Shown piece after piece: positions 13,501-26,826 of a DNA stretch of 64,000 bases. Position numbers and translations under genes: made by a program. Position 1 is the stretch's first letter. Each line of letters begins with the position of its first letter. Origin of the DNA: Eledone cirrhosa (lineage: Eukaryota); NCBI GenBank assembly GCA_964016885.1, contig OZ024759.1:18972001-19036000 (forward strand), written 5' to 3'. Below the pieces are notes generated by a model, which saw only the letters and a program-made list of their open reading frames with translations, ran no database searches and was not told the origin of the DNA.

Positions 13501-15000
13501 TAGAATACTTAGCTGTGTACAGTAACTGGTTTGAAAGAGCGGTTGCCGGTCCGGCAGAAATTAGAAATTGGAATAAATGCTCTGAAATAGCGATATATAT
13601 GTGAATATAGACATAGAATATTCGAAAATATTCTGTATGTTTATAATAAACATTTTGAAGACCTAATCGCTATAGAATAGAATACGTCACGTATTACAAT
13701 TAGATTCTCGATAAAAGCAAGGGAAGTAATCTACGCGTTTCATTCTTGTTAGAAATCATCAGGACTACATATCCAGTGCTTTTATCGAGAATGACACAGC
13801 TAGAGACTTATAGAATACTTAGCTGTGTACAGTAACTGGTTTGAAAGAGCGGTTGCCGGTCCGGCAGAAATTAGAAATTGGAATAAATGCTCTGAAATAG
13901 CGATATATATGTGAATATAGACATAGAATATTCGAAAATATTCTGTATGTTTATAATAAACATTTTGAAGACCTAATCGCTATAGAATAGAATACGTCAC
14001 GTATTACAATTAGATTCTCGATAAAAGCAAGGGAAGTAATCTACGCGTTTCATTCTTGTTAGAAATCATCAGGACTACATATCCAGTGCTTTTATCGAGA
14101 ATGACACAGCTAGAGACTTATAGAATACTTAGCTGTGTACAGTAACTGGTTTGAAAGAGCGGTTGCCGGTCCGGCAGAAATTAGAAATTGGAATAAATGC
14201 TCTGAAATAGCGATATATATGTGAATATAGACATAGAATATTCGAAAATATTCTGTATGTTTATAATAAACATTTTGAAGACCTAATCGCTATAGAATAG
14301 AATACGTCACGTATTACAATTAGATTCTCGATAAAAGCAAGGGAAGTAATCTACGCGTTTCATTCTTGTTAGAAATCATCAGGACTACATATCCAGTGCT
14401 TTTATCGAGAATGACACAGCTAGAGACTTATAGAATACTTAGCTGTGTACAGTAACTGGTTTGAAAGAGCGGTTGCCGGTCCGGCAGAAATTAGAAATTG
14501 GAATAAATGCTCTGAAATAGCGATATATATGTGAATATAGACATAGAATATTCGAAAATATTCTGTATGTTTATAATAAACATTTTGAAGACCTAATCGC
14601 TATAGAATAGAATACGTCACGTATTACAATTAGATTCTCGATAAAAGCAAGGGAAGTAATCTACGCGTTTCATTCTTGTTAGAAATCATCAGGACTACAT
14701 ATCCAGTGCTTTTATCGAGAATGACACAGCTAGAGACTTATAGAATACTTAGCTGTGTACAGTAACTGGTTTGAAAGAGCGGTTGCCGGTCCGGCAGAAA
14801 TTAGAAATTGGAATAAATGCTCTGAAATAGCGATATATATGTGAATATAGACATAGAATATTCGAAAATATTCTGTATGTTTATAATAAACATTTTGAAG
14901 ACCTAATCGCTATAGAATAGAATACGTCACGTATTACAATTAGATTCTCGATAAAAGCAAGGGAAGTAATCTACGCGTTTCATTCTTGTTAGAAATCATC
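10501..15000 (-). repeat. 310-bp tandem array, left arm (14 units + 160 bp); hammerhead sense on the minus strand
   Basis: Unit starts at 10501, 10811, 11121 ... 14841 (period 310). One variant seen (A>G at 11389). Confidence 0.97.
10604..10692 (-). ncRNA. Minimal type I hammerhead ribozyme motif (first of 14 intact copies in the left arm)
   Basis: Reverse complement of the motif described at 15197-15285; core at 10626-10668. Confidence 0.85.
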
Positions 15001-18000
15001 ATTCTATAGCGATTAGGTCTTCAAAATGTTTATTATAAACATACAGAATATTTTCGAATATTCTATGTCTATATTCACATATATATCGCTATTTCAGAGC
15101 ATTTATTCCAATTTCTAATTTCTGCCGGACCGGCAACCGCTCTTTCAAACCAGTTACTGTACACAGCTAAGTATTCTATAAGTCTCTAGCTGTGTCATTC
15201 TCGATAAAAGCACTGGATATGTAGTCCTGATGATTTCTAACAAGAATGAAACGCGTAGATTACTTCCCTTGCTTTTATCGAGAATCTAATTGTAATACGT
15301 GACGTATTCTATTCTATAGCGATTAGGTCTTCAAAATGTTTATTATAAACATACAGAATATTTTCGAATATTCTATGTCTATATTCACATATATATCGCT
15401 ATTTCAGAGCATTTATTCCAATTTCTAATTTCTGCCGGACCGGCAACCGCTCTTTCAAACCAGTTACTGTACACAGCTAAGTATTCTATAAGTCTCTAGC
15501 TGTGTCATTCTCGATAAAAGCACTGGATATGTAGTCCTGATGATTTCTAACAAGAATGAAACGCGTAGATTACTTCCCTTGCTTTTATCGAGAATCTAAT
15601 TGTAATACGTGACGTATTCTATTCTATAGCGATTAGGTCTTCAAAATGTTTATTATAAACATACAGAATATTTTCGAATATTCTATGTCTATATTCACAT
15701 ATATATCGCTATTTCAGAGCATTTATTCCAATTTCTAATTTCTGCCGGACCGGCAACCGCTCTTTCAAACCAGTTACTGTACACAGCTAAGTATTCTATA
15801 AGTCTCTAGCTGTGTCATTCTCGATAAAAGCACTGGATATGTAGTCCTGATGATTTCTAACAAGAATGAAACGCGTAGATTACTTCCCTTGCTTTTATCG
15901 AGAATCTAATTGTAATACGTGACGTATTCTATTCTATAGCGATTAGGTCTTCAAAATGTTTATTATAAACATACAGAATATTTTCGAATATTCTATGTCT
16001 ATATTCACATATATATCGCTATTTCAGAGCATTTATTCCAATTTCTAATTTCTGCCGGACCGGCAACCGCTCTTTCAAACCAGTTACTGTACACAGCTAA
16101 GTATTCTATAAGTCTCTAGCTGTGTCATTCTCGATAAAAGCACTGGATATGTAGTCCTGATGATTTCTAACAAGAATGAAACGCGTAGATTACTTCCCTT
16201 GCTTTTATCGAGAATCTAATTGTAATACGTGACGTATTCTATTCTATAGCGATTAGGTCTTCAAAATGTTTATTATAAACATACAGAATATTTTCGAATA
16301 TTCTATGTCTATATTCACATATATATCGCTATTTCAGAGCATTTATTCCAATTTCTAATTTCTGCCGGACCGGCAACCGCTCTTTCAAACCAGTTACTGT
16401 ACACAGCTAAGTATTCTATAAGTCTCTAGCTGTGTCATTCTCGATAAAAGCACTGGATATGTAGTCCTGATGATTTCTAACAAGAATGAAACGCGTAGAT
16501 TACTTCCCTTGCTTTTATCGAGAATCTAATTGTAATACGTGACGTATTCTATTCTATAGCGATTAGGTCTTCAAAATGTTTATTATAAACATACAGAATA
16601 TTTTCGAATATTCTATGTCTATATTCACATATATATCGCTATTTCAGAGCATTTATTCCAATTTCTAATTTCTGCCGGACCTGCAACCGCTCTTTCAAAC
16701 CAGTTACTGTACACAGCTAAGTATTCTATAAGTCTCTAGCTGTGTCATTCTCGATAAAAGCACTGGATATGTAGTCCTGATGATTTCTAACAAGAATGAA
16801 ACGCGTAGATTACTTCCCTTGCTTTTATCGAGAATCTAATTGTAATACGTGACGTATTCTATTCTATAGCGATTAGGTCTTCAAAATGTTTATTATAAAC
16901 ATACAGAATATTTTCGAATATTCTATGTCTATATTCACATATATATCGCTATTTCAGAGCATTTATTCCAATTTCTAATTTCTGCCGGACCGGCAACCGC
17001 TCTTTCAAACCAGTTACTGTACACAGCTAAGTATTCTATAAGTCTCTAGCTGTGTCATTCTCGATAAAAGCACTGGATATGTAGTCCTGATGATTTCTAA
17101 CAAGAATGAAACGCGTAGATTACTTCCCTTGCTTTTATCGAGAATCTAATTGTAATACGTGACGTATTCTATTCTATAGCGATTAGGTCTTCAAAATGTT
17201 TATTATAAACATACAGAATATTTTCGAATATTCTATGTCTATATTCACATATATATCGCTATTTCAGAGCATTTATTCCAATTTCTAATTTCTGCCGGAC
17301 CGGCAACCGCTCTTTCAAACCAGTTACTGTACACAGCTAAGTATTCTATAAGTCTCTAGCTGTGTCATTCTCGATAAAAGCACTGGATATGTAGTCCTGA
17401 TGATTTCTAACAAGAATGAAACGCGTAGATTACTTCCCTTGCTTTTATCGAGAATCTAATTGTAATACGTGACGTATTCTATTCTATAGCGATTAGGTCT
17501 TCAAAATGTTTATTATAAACATACAGAATATTTTCGAATATTCTATGTCTATATTCACATATATATCGCTATTTCAGAGCATTTATTCCAATTTCTAATT
17601 TCTGCCGGACCGGCAACCGCTCTTTCAAACCAGTTACTGTACACAGCTAAGTATTCTATAAGTCTCTAGCTGTGTCATTCTCGATAAAAGCACTGGATAT
17701 GTAGTCCTGATGATTTCTAACAAGAATGAAACGCGTAGATTACTTCCCTTGCTTTTATCGAGAATCTAATTGTAATACGTGACGTATTCTATTCTATAGC
17801 GATTAGGTCTTCAAAATGTTTATTATAAACATACAGAATATTTTCGAATATTCTATGTCTATATTCACATATATATCGCTATTTCAGAGCATTTATTCCA
17901 ATTTCTAATTTCTGCCGGACCGGCAACCGCTCTTTCAAACCAGTTACTGTACACAGCTAAGTATTCTATAAGTCTCTAGCTGTGTCATTCTCGATAAAAG

Positions 18001-19148
18001 CACTGGATATGTAGTCCTGATGATTTCTAACAAGAATGAAACGCGTAGATTACTTCCCTTGCTTTTATCGAGAATCTAATTGTAATACGTGACGTATTCT
18101 ATTCTATAGCGATTAGGTCTTCAAAATGTTTATTATAAACATACAGAATATTTTCGAATATTCTATGTCTATATTCACATATATATCGCTATTTCAGAGC
18201 ATTTATTCCAATTTCTAATTTCTGCCGGACCGGCAACCGCTCTTTCAAACCAGTTACTGTACACAGCTAAGTATTCTATAAGTCTCTAGCTGTGTCATTC
18301 TCGATAAAAGCACTGGATATGTAGTCCTGATGATTTCTAACAAGAATGAAACGCGTAGATTACTTCCCTTGCTTTTATCGAGAATCTAATTGTAATACGT
18401 GACGTATTCTATTCTATAGCGATTAGGTCTTCAAAATGTTTATTATAAACATACAGAATATTTTCGAATATTCTATGTCTATATTCACATATATATCGCT
18501 ATTTCAGAGCATTTATTCCAATTTCTAATTTCTGCCGGACCGGCAACCGCTCTTTCAAACCAGTTACTGTACACAGCTAAGTATTCTATAAGTCTCTAGC
18601 TGTGTCATTCTCGATAAAAGCACTGGATATGTAGTCCTGATGATTTCTAACAAGAATGAAACGCGTAGATTACTTCCCTTGCTTTTATCGAGAATCTAAT
18701 TGTAATACGTGACGTATTCTATTCTATAGCGATTAGGTCTTCAAAATGTTTATTATAAACATACAGAATATTTTCGAATATTCTATGTCTATATTCACAT
18801 ATATATCGCTATTTCAGAGCATTTATTCCAATTTCTAATTTCTGCCGGACCGGCAACCGCTCTTTCAAACCAGTTACTGTACACAGCTAAGTATTCTATA
18901 AGTCTCTAGCTGTGTCATTCTCGATAAAAGCACTGGATATGTAGTCCTGATGATTTCTAACAAGAATGAAACGCGTAGATTACTTCCCTTGCTTTTATCG
19001 AGAATCTAATTGTAATACGTGACGTATTCTATTCTATAGCGATTAGGTCTTCAAAATGTTTATTATAAACATACAGAATATTTTCGAATATTCTATGTCT
19101 ATATTCACATATATATCGCTATTTCAGAGCATTTATTCCAATTTCTAA
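15001..19148 (+). repeat. 310-bp tandem array, right arm (78 bp + 13 units + 40 bp), reverse complement of the left arm; hammerhead sense on the plus strand
   Basis: ATATTCAC ends at 15078 + 310k up to 19108. One variant seen (G>T at 16682). The arm ends in (TA/CA)n. Confidence 0.97.
15197..15285 (+). ncRNA. Minimal type I hammerhead ribozyme motif (first of 13 copies in the right arm, every 310 bp)
   Basis: GTAGTC-CTGATGA-TTTCT AACA AGAAT-GAAA-CGCG-TA-GATTAC (15221-15263). Stem I is 6 bp with one G-U, stem II is 4 bp, stem III is the palindrome ACGCGT, and a GUA site predicts a cut after 15257. Stem I is extended by a perfect 16-bp helix ATTCTCGATAAAAGCA/TGCTTTTATCGAGAAT. Confidence 0.87.
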
Positions 19149-19211
19149 TATACATATATATATATATACACACACATATATATATATATACACACACACA
19201 TATATATATAT

Positions 19212-19242
<31 letters not shown>

Positions 19243-19245
19243 CAT

Positions 19246-19278
<33 letters not shown>

Positions 19279-19283
19279 CACAT

Positions 19284-19316
<33 letters not shown>

Positions 19317-19319
19317 CAT

Positions 19320-19364
<45 letters not shown>

Positions 19365-19439
19365 CACACATATATATATATACATATATATATACAAATA
19401 CATATATATATATATACAAATACATATATATATATATAT

Positions 19440-19504
<65 letters not shown>
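19149..19504. repeat. (TA)n/(CA)n compound microsatellite
   Basis: Direct reading. Confidence 0.95.
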
Positions 19505-19505
<1 letters not shown>

Positions 19506-20569
19506 GGACAATTGGTACAATCGTCATGGCATCAGATTAAAAATCCCAACCCCGTATTCGCTCCGAGTTCAAATCCCACCGGGGTCCACATTGCCTTTCA
19601 TCCTTTCAAACTTTCAAGGTCGATAAATAAAGTACTAGAGTTTGGAGGTAATTCTTTTTCTGTCTTCTTCTCTGAAAGAGGGATGGACGCGCTCTGTGAG
19701 GTTTCAAATGCCCAGGCATGCCTTGGTGTCAGAAAACTGCTCTTACGACTGCATCCTGAGCTAAGCCCCCCACCCCCACCCCCACCCCATACACACAGAC
19801 ACACACACGGCATAATTAGATGCAAAAACCTGTAATATGTTCCTACATATTACATATTTACAGTTCAGTGCGCAGACTCCCTACTAATCTACAAATCAGA
19901 GCCAAGTCTACTACAAAACATAAACATTAACCCTAATCTTCACTCGGTATATAGATCGGGACATTACCCAAGATTGACTGCAGATACTGCAGTAGGCCGC
20001 ATGCTAAACGAGCTCCTCAACATGTTTCGAATTGAGTTCTATAGAGCATTCATATTTTTATTCCCGCCTATGTAGTACAAAAACTTTTGAGTCAACTGCT
20101 GTTTACTGTTTGCTTTTGTTCGTTTGTTTGTTTGTTTTCTTCCAGTCTAATTCTACCCTTCGTTATATTAGTTCCCATAATTTAACATTTATGTTTCGAT
20201 AAAATATTTCAACGCATTAAGATTTGATATAAAATTGATAAAAAGTATATGTTTTGTGACAAAATCGAATATCTACATTGAATGTTTTTACTTCGAAAGT
20301 AGAGGGGGGGGGGGGGAGAAAGAATGATCTTACTAGGGTCGATTGAACAAACAGTAAAATATAGTCGCTATCGCTTCTGACATTTCCAATATATCCGTTC
20401 CTTCAGCTATTCAGTTTTTTGATCTATGATGGTATAATTATGGAAAATTTTAAACTAAATATATTACTGTTTTACTTGTAATTTTACTACGCTTTGCGTT
20501 ATCGACAAACTCAAGCACTTTTACAGTATACTTTTCAAACTTTCAGACACATTCCGTTTACATATTCAA

Positions 20570-20823
20570 TATATATATATATATTTACATATATATATAT
20601 ATATGCGTGTGTATATATATGGCTGTGTGTGTATATATATATATGTATATATAAATATATGTATGTATATATATCCGTGTATATATATATGTATATATAG
20701 ATATATGTATGTATATATAAATATATGTATGTATATATATCCGTGTATATATATATGTATATATAGATATATGTATGTATATATATATGCGTATATATAT
20801 ATATATGTATATATAGATATATG

Positions 20824-20871
<48 letters not shown>

Positions 20872-20915
20872 GATATATGTATGTATATATATATATATAT
20901 ACATATAGATATATG

Positions 20916-20963
<48 letters not shown>

Positions 20964-20971
20964 GATATATG

Positions 20972-21043
<72 letters not shown>

Positions 21044-21119
21044 TGTATGTATATATATAGATATATATATATATATATATATAGATATATGTATGTATAT
21101 ATATATATATACATATATG

Positions 21120-21177
<58 letters not shown>

Positions 21178-21393
21178 TATATGTATGTATATATATATAT
21201 ATATATACATATATGTATGTATATATATATATAGATATATATATATATATATATACATACATATATCTATATATACATATATATATATATACGCATATAT
21301 ATATACATACATATATCTATATATATACACGCATATAGATACATACATATATATATAGATATATGTATGTATATATATATAGATATATGTATG

Positions 21394-21437
<44 letters not shown>

Positions 21438-21489
21438 TATATATCTATATATATATAGATATATGTATATATATATAGAGAGATATATG

Positions 21490-21533
<44 letters not shown>

Positions 21534-21607
21534 TATATATATATATACTCACATATAATATATATACTCACATATACATATACTCACACATGTGTATGTG
21601 TGTGTGT

Positions 21608-21667
<60 letters not shown>

Positions 21668-21873
21668 CTAAAAGAAATAGGCATTGCGATACATTGGAGC
21701 ATAAGGAATTATCATATTCAATACCATATGTTATAATTATGAAATAAGCTGCTGAAAACATCTTTATAGGTAAAGAAGTAATAAATCGCTCAATAACATA
21801 TTTCGGAATTTATGCCTTCCCATTTATATAGGACACATACACAGACGCGCTCACACACGTTTTCGTAAGGATG

Positions 21874-21928
<55 letters not shown>

Positions 21929-21945
21929 CGCGTGCGTGCGCGTGT

Positions 21946-21989
<44 letters not shown>

Positions 21990-22045
21990 GTGTTGTGTGT
22001 GCGTGCGTCCGTGCGTGCGTGCGCGTGTGTGTGTGAGAGAGAGAG
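20570..22045. repeat. Microsatellite field: (TA)n variants, (TC)n, (TG)n/(TGCG)n
   Basis: Direct reading; short unique interruptions. Confidence 0.9.
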
Positions 22046-22214
22046 TCATAACCAAAACACATTTTAAATATTTTTGGAGCGTTACTTGCTCCCGTAAATT
22101 TCAAATGTGTACGCGCGTGCAAATACACACAAAGGTGTATGTATATGTATATATATATATATACTTATATATATATATGTATATATATATGTATGTATAT
22201 ATATATATACTTTT

Positions 22215-22440
22215 TGATTTATATACTATATTGATTTTTTATCTGAGTGTCCCGAATCTTCCAGATCGCAATTTTTCGGTTGTATGGTTGATTATAGACT
22301 TGTTCTATGTGTGACGGTATTTTAACGATAGTTATAGCTCTGATTTATCTAAATTATTGAGCCCTCTGCCGCTCATATCGAATTTTGTTTATCGTGAACT
22401 CGTGCGCCGATTTTTCGATACTCGATTATTCTACTATACT
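22215..22440. repeat. Unclassified dispersed repeat abutting (TA)n; second copy at about 26535-26742
   Basis: Shared blocks such as GGTATTTTAACGATAGTTATAGCTCTG and ATTGAGCCCTCTGCC. Both copies end in TTCTACTATA followed by (TA)n. Confidence 0.75.
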
Positions 22441-22547
22441 TATATATATATATATATATGTGTGTATATGTATATATATATGTATATGTATATATATATA
22501 ATATATGTATATATATATGTATATGTATATATATATAAATATATGTA

Positions 22548-22579
<32 letters not shown>

Positions 22580-22605
22580 AATATATGTATATATATATAT
22601 ATAAA

Positions 22606-22658
<53 letters not shown>

Positions 22659-22908
22659 TATATGTATGTATATATATATATGTGTGTATATATATATATG
22701 TGTATATATGTATATACATATGTATATATATATATATACATATGTATATATATGTATATACATATGTATATATATATATACATATATATGTATATACATA
22801 TGTATATATATATATATATACATATGTATATATATGTATATACATATGTATATATATATATACATATGTATATATATGTACATATATATATGTATATATA
22901 TATATATA

Positions 22909-23470
22909 AGTAAGTCAATTTTCATAACTTTCTTATTTACGTCTTTCATATAATTGTTCTGCATCCCCCTGCATAGAACCACAAAGTTAGTAAGACAAAA
23001 CATATATATGTGCTAGCATAGGTATGCATCTGTATACATATGTCGGTAGATATATTAATTCTTTATAATTATCTCCAAATTATTTGTTGAGCAAAATTTG
23101 CCGAAATTACTACTGTGACTGATAGTAGTGGCTAGGCTCTATCTTAATAGCACCCTACTCCTAGCTGATTAACCTCAGTGTCACGTGATTGATTCTTTTG
23201 AATTTGCCACCTGACCAAGTAGGCAGTGAATTTTTCAATGTCTTGGAATCTAGCTCCGCTCGCTTTTTTCCATCCACTGAATTATTTTTATATAAGTTCC
23301 CAATGTCCCCGCATTGCCTGGAAGCTTAGCTGAGAATAGACTCCCTGATGACGTAAGGCTTCTCTATAGTTATTACGTAACTATATTTATCCCCTTACAG
23401 AAACTAATTAGTTGGAGTGAAATTTTAGTAAGTCAATTTTCATAACTTTCTTATTTACGTCTTTCATATA
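22909..23470 (+). mobile_element. Terminally redundant 518-bp HHR-bearing element inserted in (TA)n (retrozyme/PLE-like)
   Basis: A 44-bp direct repeat AGTAAGTCAATTTTCATAACTTTCTTATTTACGTCTTTCATATA lies at 22909-22952 and 23427-23470. An HHR motif lies just before the second copy. Confidence 0.7.
23340..23418 (+). ncRNA. Type I hammerhead-like motif with extended stem II
   Basis: ACTCC-CTGATGA-CGTAAGG...CCTTACA-GAAA-CTAATTAG-TT-GGAGT. Stem III is the palindrome ACTAATTAGT, the site is GUU, and there is a C-A mismatch at the base of stem II. Confidence 0.7.
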
Positions 23471-23572
<102 letters not shown>

Positions 23573-23591
23573 CATGTGTATATATATATAT

Positions 23592-23713
<122 letters not shown>

Positions 23714-23744
23714 GTTTAATATATATATATGTATATATATATAT

Positions 23745-24392
<648 letters not shown>

Positions 24393-24460
24393 TTTCCTAT
24401 ATATATATAGGTTACAATCAACACCATAAACACAGAGCTGGCATATCTAAGAACTGACTA

Positions 24461-24516
24461 ACTGCCTGATGAGGTCATAGCCACTCAATGACTATCATCG
24501 AAATATATATAGCAGT
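24461..24516 (+). ncRNA. Minimal type I hammerhead motif in a short element flanked by TA runs
   Basis: ACTGC-CTGATGA-GGTCAT AGCCACTCA ATGAC TATCATC-GAAA-TATATA-TA-GCAGT. Stem I is a perfect 5 bp and stem III is palindromic. Confidence 0.72.
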
Positions 24517-24699
24517 AAATAAAGGATTATGAGTTTATGCAATTGACTTATATTTTCGTCACTATATATATATATATTCTTCTCTGACTTTTGGGATGCT
24601 CCCATACAGCTCTGAGTTTTTCATCCTCAGTGTATACTGATTAATGTTCAGAGCCATCCTCAGCATTCTCGTGTAGCACCCATCCACCATCTGAGTGAG

Positions 24700-24935
24700 T
24701 TTCTTGGTCATGCTCACCGACATCCAGAGTTGACATTGCACTCAGTGCTCCTTTGGGAGCCCCTACATGGACACACTAGAAGTGGAAGACCAAGGTTAAC
24801 GTATGTTGATGCCCTAAGGACAGACACTGGTCTGTTGGAGACGCAGGACATGGCAGCGATAATGAGGGACAGAGACCGCTGGAGAGAATTCGTCCATGGA
24901 TCTCGGGAATTTTACCCGCCTTAGATAGATAGATA
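24700..24935 (+). mobile_element. RTE/RTE-X LINE 3' end with (TAGA) tail
   Basis: ORF LLWEPLHGHTRSGRPRLTYVDALRTDTG...MRDRDRWREFV resembles RTE-type ORF C-termini. Confidence 0.75.
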
Positions 24936-24936
24936 T

Positions 24937-25560
24937 GTTTCTTTTATTTGCCACTAGGGCATCAAAAGTGGGACAAGTACAAAGGGGGGAGTTTACACAA
25001 AAAGGCGTCCTCAATAAGGAGGAGGCAATAACAAAATATAAAAATAAAATAAGATATAACAAAAAATAAAATTTATAACAAAATCCTCAATAGAGAGGAG
25101 GCGCCTTGGGGGGTCGCACACACCCCCGAGAAAAGTGTGCAACCCTTCTCCTCAGGAGCACAGAGAAGGGGTGCTCCCTTGGTCTTTCATCTTCCTCACC
25201 TATAGTCTGATGTAGAGTGAAGGCCCATTCACACGGGCCATTCTCGCCACTTTCACCCATCTTTCATAGAAACGGCTGGGGTGCAGCACCTCTCTCTCCA
25301 TCCTGATCCTTCTTCCGAAATGATATCGGAAGAAACGGACCAGTTGTTGGCCAGAGAGAAAGGTGCCTGACCTCAGTCCTTTCAGACGCGTCCACCATAC
25401 AACCTCTTTCGCCATGGCTATTACGCACAGAAACACCGCCTCTGCTTCATCTTTGAAGGGGGGAGGCGGCTTGATCATTACAATAGACTCGGTGGTCAAC
25501 CGGATCGGTCCCACCCTTGACAGCAGTTGTTCGACATAGCCCCACAGATCGGCTACGCCC
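24937..25560 (-). mobile_element. 5'-truncated Tx1/L1-like LINE 3' end between (GATA)n tracts
   Basis: Open frame ...LWGYVEQLL...VIAMAKEVVWWTRLK...RFYERW...* (AKxxxWxxR-type C-terminus), then a 3' UTR with AATAAA running into (TCTA)n. Confidence 0.7.
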
Positions 25561-25633
<73 letters not shown>

Positions 25634-25635
<2 letters not shown>

Positions 25636-25809
25636 TTCTTTATTAGCCACAAGGGCGCAACAAGAAAGGGGACAATACAAAGACATGCCGGGGATTTTAC
25701 ATACAGTCGTGTAAAAAATATAAAAACAAACAATTTCAACAATCGAAATCCCCAATAGGGGGGAGGCGCCACAAATGGGTTGTTTAATACCCTGTCGATA
25801 GAACAACCC
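25634..25809 (-). mobile_element. Second related LINE 3'-UTR fragment in (GATA)n
   Basis: Ends in ...GCCCTTGTGGCTAATAAAGAAA(TCTA)n, similar to ...GCCCTAGTGGCAAATAAAAGAAA at about 24940. Confidence 0.65.
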
Positions 25810-25879
<70 letters not shown>

Positions 25880-26737
25880 TATTATATATTATATTTTTAC
25901 GACCCCTAAATATTTTGTTAGTAGAGCTTTTTTCTATTGAAAAGACTCTGCTGCTACTTCTAGCTATCGATAAACCTATTGATGCCAATGGGTTGAGGGC
26001 GAGGTAATGTGTATTTTTCCAAACCACATGTGCTTTTCGTCGTTATTCCTGATTTGTTCTTAGGATGTAATCATAGATAGTTTTAAATCTCCTTCGCTGA
26101 CGATCCAAGATTTAACATCTATGATTTACCCATTAATGGTGAAAAATATTTCTTTAATGGAATATATACAAAGGATATTAATCATTATTGCAATTTATCT
26201 ATATTCAAAGTTCTCGTTAAAATCTTTATATGTTACCCCCATAACTATGAGTGTTTACACTCTTTACAAATTATCTCCTGTCAATGTTTGATATGTTTAT
26301 TATATATATATATGTCAATGAACTTTTAATTTAATTTTAATAAATGATCGCCATTTATTCCTTAGAATCTTTCAGCTTTTACAGGCTTCTATGGCGCATG
26401 TTTCTGATATTCTATACTCAGATTTAATTTTGTTTAATGTAATCTTGCTAGTATATATATATCTTTAATCTTTAATTTAATTTTGTTAGTATATATATAT
26501 ATATATATATATTTATTCATTTAATTTATTAATTTATTGATATTTTATTTGAGTGACCCGAATCTTCCTGGTCGTTCTTTTTCGGCTGCACGGGTGATTT
26601 TAGGAATGATCTCTGTGTGTTGGTATTTTAACGATAGTTATAGCTCTGGTTTTTCCAAACTATTGAGCCCTCTGCCACACATGTCGGATATTGTTTATCG
26701 TGATTTCGTGGGCCGATATTCCGATTCTCGATCATTC

Positions 26738-26826
<89 letters not shown>

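Noticed and set aside
10501-19148. CRISPR array or Helentron/HINE-type interpretation of the 310-bp array
   Set aside because: There are no unique spacers or cas genes. The 16-bp inverted repeat symmetrically encloses a complete hammerhead, which explains it better than subterminal IRs, although rolling-circle DNA amplification is not formally excluded.
25880-26260. Possible further L1/Tx1 coding remnant
   Set aside because: Too degenerate to assign without a profile search.
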